Assembly (NCBI GenBank): GCA_963575745.1
Contig: CAUYUJ010000249.1
Coordinates: 62,001 to 116,363 of the forward strand
From: Prorocentrum cordatum
Taxonomy: Eukaryota
Reading direction: 5' to 3'
DNA length: 54,363 bases
Shown here: in pieces, positions 51,176 through 54,363 of the stretch
Layout of the letters: each line of letters opens with the position of its first letter
How positions within the stretch are numbered: the stretch's first letter is position 1
The notes under the pieces: generated by a model
Databases searched by the model: none
What the model saw: only the letters and a program-made list of their open reading frames with translations
Told to the model about the DNA's origin: nothing
Translations under genes and position numbers: made by a program

Positions 51176-51414
51176 GGTCTCCGCTTGTGGATGTTCGGAT
51201 GCAACTCTTGGGAGGTTAAATTCTGATTTAGCCCTGGTCCGAAATCCGGCTTAATCCCGCTTCATCCGGTTTAATCCCGCTTACTCCCCCTTGATCCGGA
51301 CTGATCCTGCTTAGTCCGAGGCCGACTCCGGCGTAACAGCTCCCAAATGGGGCTGAATCCTCCGTAATTGTTCCGACGAAAACTTCAGAGGTCCTGCTGC
51401 CCCTCCCCCGCTCT

Positions 51415-53470
51415 CAGGAGGAGGAGGGGGAGGAGGAGGGGGGGGAGGAGGAGGGGGAGGAGGAGGAGGAGGAGGAGGAGGAGGAGGAGGAGGAGGAGGG
51501 GGAGGAGGGAGGAGGAGGGAGGAGGAGGAGGGGAGGGGAGGAGGAGGGTGCCCACTAATGGATGCATCGTGAGCACGTTTCGGGCAGGGTATCTACATAC
51601 GCATGGGGGGCAGGCTTCGGCGCGTTCGCGCTCGCGCTCGGGAGAGGGGCGCTCAGCGGACCTGCCACGGGCACTCGTGGGCCACTCCCTCGAGCTATCG
51701 GGGGAGGAGGAGGAGGAGGAGGAGGAGGAGGAGGAGGAGGAGGAGGAGGAGGAGGAGGAGGAGGAGGATGAGGAGGAGGAGGAGGAGGAGGAACACACAT
51801 TAAGTCAGGGAAGAGGGAGGAGGAGAGAAGAAGGAACAAACATTAAGTCAGGGAAGAGAAGGAACAAACATTGAGTCTGGGGAGGAAGAGGAGGAGAGAG
51901 GAGGGAGGGGAGGAAAAGGAGGAGGAGGAGGAGGAAGAAGAAAAGGAAGAGAAGTCCCTCTACAGGGGGAATCTTCAAACATAGAGACAAAATAGTATGA
52001 GGACTGTGTTTTGACAATTTTTGATAATTTTGGGAGCATTTTTCTAGTATGTTTTATTTGTTGTGCAAAATCCCCCTGTAGGGGGATCGGCCCGACAGAA
52101 ACCCAGGAGGATCCCACGGCCTTCTGCTGGGTTGCCCCAGCGGCTTCCCGATTTTGCCGTCGGAAAACGCGCTCCTGCCTGGTGCAGCGGCGAGGGCGCC
52201 AAGGAAAATCGACAGGCGCGCCCCTGCCTGGAGGAAGGAGAGGCGCATCAGGAAAACAGGCAGGATAGGGATTAGGAGGGGGAGGAGGCAGCGGTGCAGG
52301 AGGAGGAGAAGGAGGACAACGGCGAGGAGAAGGACGAGGAGGAGGAATATGACGAGGAAATTGAGAAGGACGTAGGAGGAGAGGAGGAGGATGAGGATAA
52401 TATGTGTAACACATAGGACAAGAAGGAAGAAGGAAGAGGAGGAGAGGAGGAGGAGGAGGAGGAGGAGGAGGAGGAGGGAGGGAGAGGAGGAGGAGGAGGA
52501 AGAGAGAGGAGGAGGAGGAGGAGGAGGAGGAGGAGGAGGAGGGGGATGCAGAGGGCGGGAGGAGGAGGAGTGAGGAGGGAGGAGGAGGGTGCCCACCTAA
52601 TGGATGCATCGTGAGCACGTTTCGGGCAGGGTATCTACATACGCATGGGGGGCAGGCTTCGGCGCGTTCGCGCTCGCGCTCGAGAGAGGGGCGCTCAGCG
52701 GACCTGCCACGGGCACTCGTGGGCCACTCCCTCGAGCTATCGGGGGAGGAGGAGGAGGAGGAGGAGGAGGAGGAGGAGGAGGAGGAGGAGGAACAAACAT
52801 TAAGTCAGGGAAGAGGGAGGAGGAGAAAAGAAGGAACAAACATTAAGTCAGGGAAGAGAAGGAACAAACATTAAGTCTGGGGAGGAAGAGGAGGAGAGAG
52901 GAGGGAGGGGAGGAAAAGGAGGAGGAGGAGGAGGAAGAGAAGGAAGAGAAGTCCTTCTACAGGGGGAATATTCAAACATAGAGACAACATTGTATGAGGA
53001 CTGTGTTTTGACCATTTTTGATAATTTTGGGAGCATTTTCTAGTATGTTTTATTTTTTGTGCAAATCCCCCTGTAAGGGGATCGGCCCGACAGAAACCCA
53101 GGAGGATCCCACGGCCTTCTGCTGGGTTGCCCCAGCGGCTTCCCGATTTTGCCGTCGGAAAACGCGCTCCTGCCTGGTGCAGCGGCGAGAGCGCCGGGGA
53201 AAACCGACAGGCGCGCCCCTGCCTGGAGGAAGGAGAGGCGCATCAGGAAAACAGGCAGGATAGGGATGAGGAGGGGGAGGAGGCAGCGGTGCAGGAGGAG
53301 GAGAAGGAGGACAACGACGAGGGGAAGGACGAGGAGGAGGAATATAATGAGAAAATTGAGAAGGAAGTAGAAGAAGAGGAGGAGGTTGATGATAATATGT
53401 GTAACACATAGGACAAGAAGGAAGATGAGGAAGAGGAGGAGGAGGAGGAAGAGGAGGAGGAGTAGGAGGA
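51415..53470. repeat. ~1.0 kb tandem duplication rich in (GGA)n
   Basis: 51545-52440 matches 52585-53440 (offset ~995-1042). Confidence 0.95.
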
Positions 53471-54054
53471 GGCGGACGCAAAGGGCGGGAGGAGGGCATC
53501 CGCCAGTCGAAGAGGAAAAGGGCGAGGGGCAAGCGAAATATATCCCCATGCGGGGTCCTACCGTCGGAGTAATTGTGTTGTGTTTCCGTATGAGCTATCT
53601 CTCCCTGGGTATTCGTGCAGCCCCCGTCCGCGTCCAGCCACATCGCGTGCATCCTCATGCTGTGGCGTGATATCCAGAACTTGGCGGCGAGGCGGTCGGA
53701 TGTTTCGCGTGGGAAATAAAAAACCCTTCTTCCTCCTCCTCCTCCTCCTCCTCCTATTCCTCCCCAGCCTCCCAAACCATCCCGCCCCCCCCTCCCCGTC
53801 ATCATCTCCCCCTCCTCTTCCTAAACCCCCCTCCTGCTCCCCCCACCCCCCGCGGCTCGGAGGCCGCCCCTGGCTTCCACGTGAGGATGCGGTTCCGGCC
53901 GCCGCCGCCCAAGGCGGGCTGCGCGGCGGGGGGCCGCAGCAGCTCCGGGAGCCTTCGGGGGGTTTGGGGGAAGCCACGACGGACCCAGACTTCACCGCTT
54001 CGTTAATAATAAAGAAAGGCATAACAAATGTTGCTGCGATTCATAATATCACTA

Positions 54055-54363
<309 letters not shown>

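Overview
Eukaryotic, GC-rich, microsatellite-dense DNA, most likely dinoflagellate. This is an inference from relict spliced-leader-like motifs, GC-AG/GA-AG introns with AG|G at both junctions, and GC-ending codons. Most of the window is simple repeats ((AGT)n, (GGA)n, (GAT)n, (TA)n, (CA)n), minisatellites, a multi-kb dispersed/tandem repeat family, and decayed genes including a probable LTR gag relic. Nearly all listed ORFs are low-complexity artefacts. The standout is a ~7 kb insertion (31295-38255). It is bounded by imperfect terminal inverted repeats set in (TA)n tracts and splits a host repeat whose intact copies lie elsewhere in the window. It carries three co-oriented genes: a small spliced Cys-rich protein, an intron-containing IS1595/Merlin (ISXO2-like) transposase with an apparent DDD triad, and a 638-aa superfamily-3 (CRESS/geminivirus Rep-like) helicase. 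A palindromic array of ~52-bp repeats follows them. This looks like a helicase-carrying Merlin-type DNA transposon. Other notable structures are a ~4.8 kb nested-inverted-repeat insertion, a Helitron-like 3' end, a hairpin MITE-like family and tandem duplications. All homology calls are by-eye motif recognition; no database search was run.
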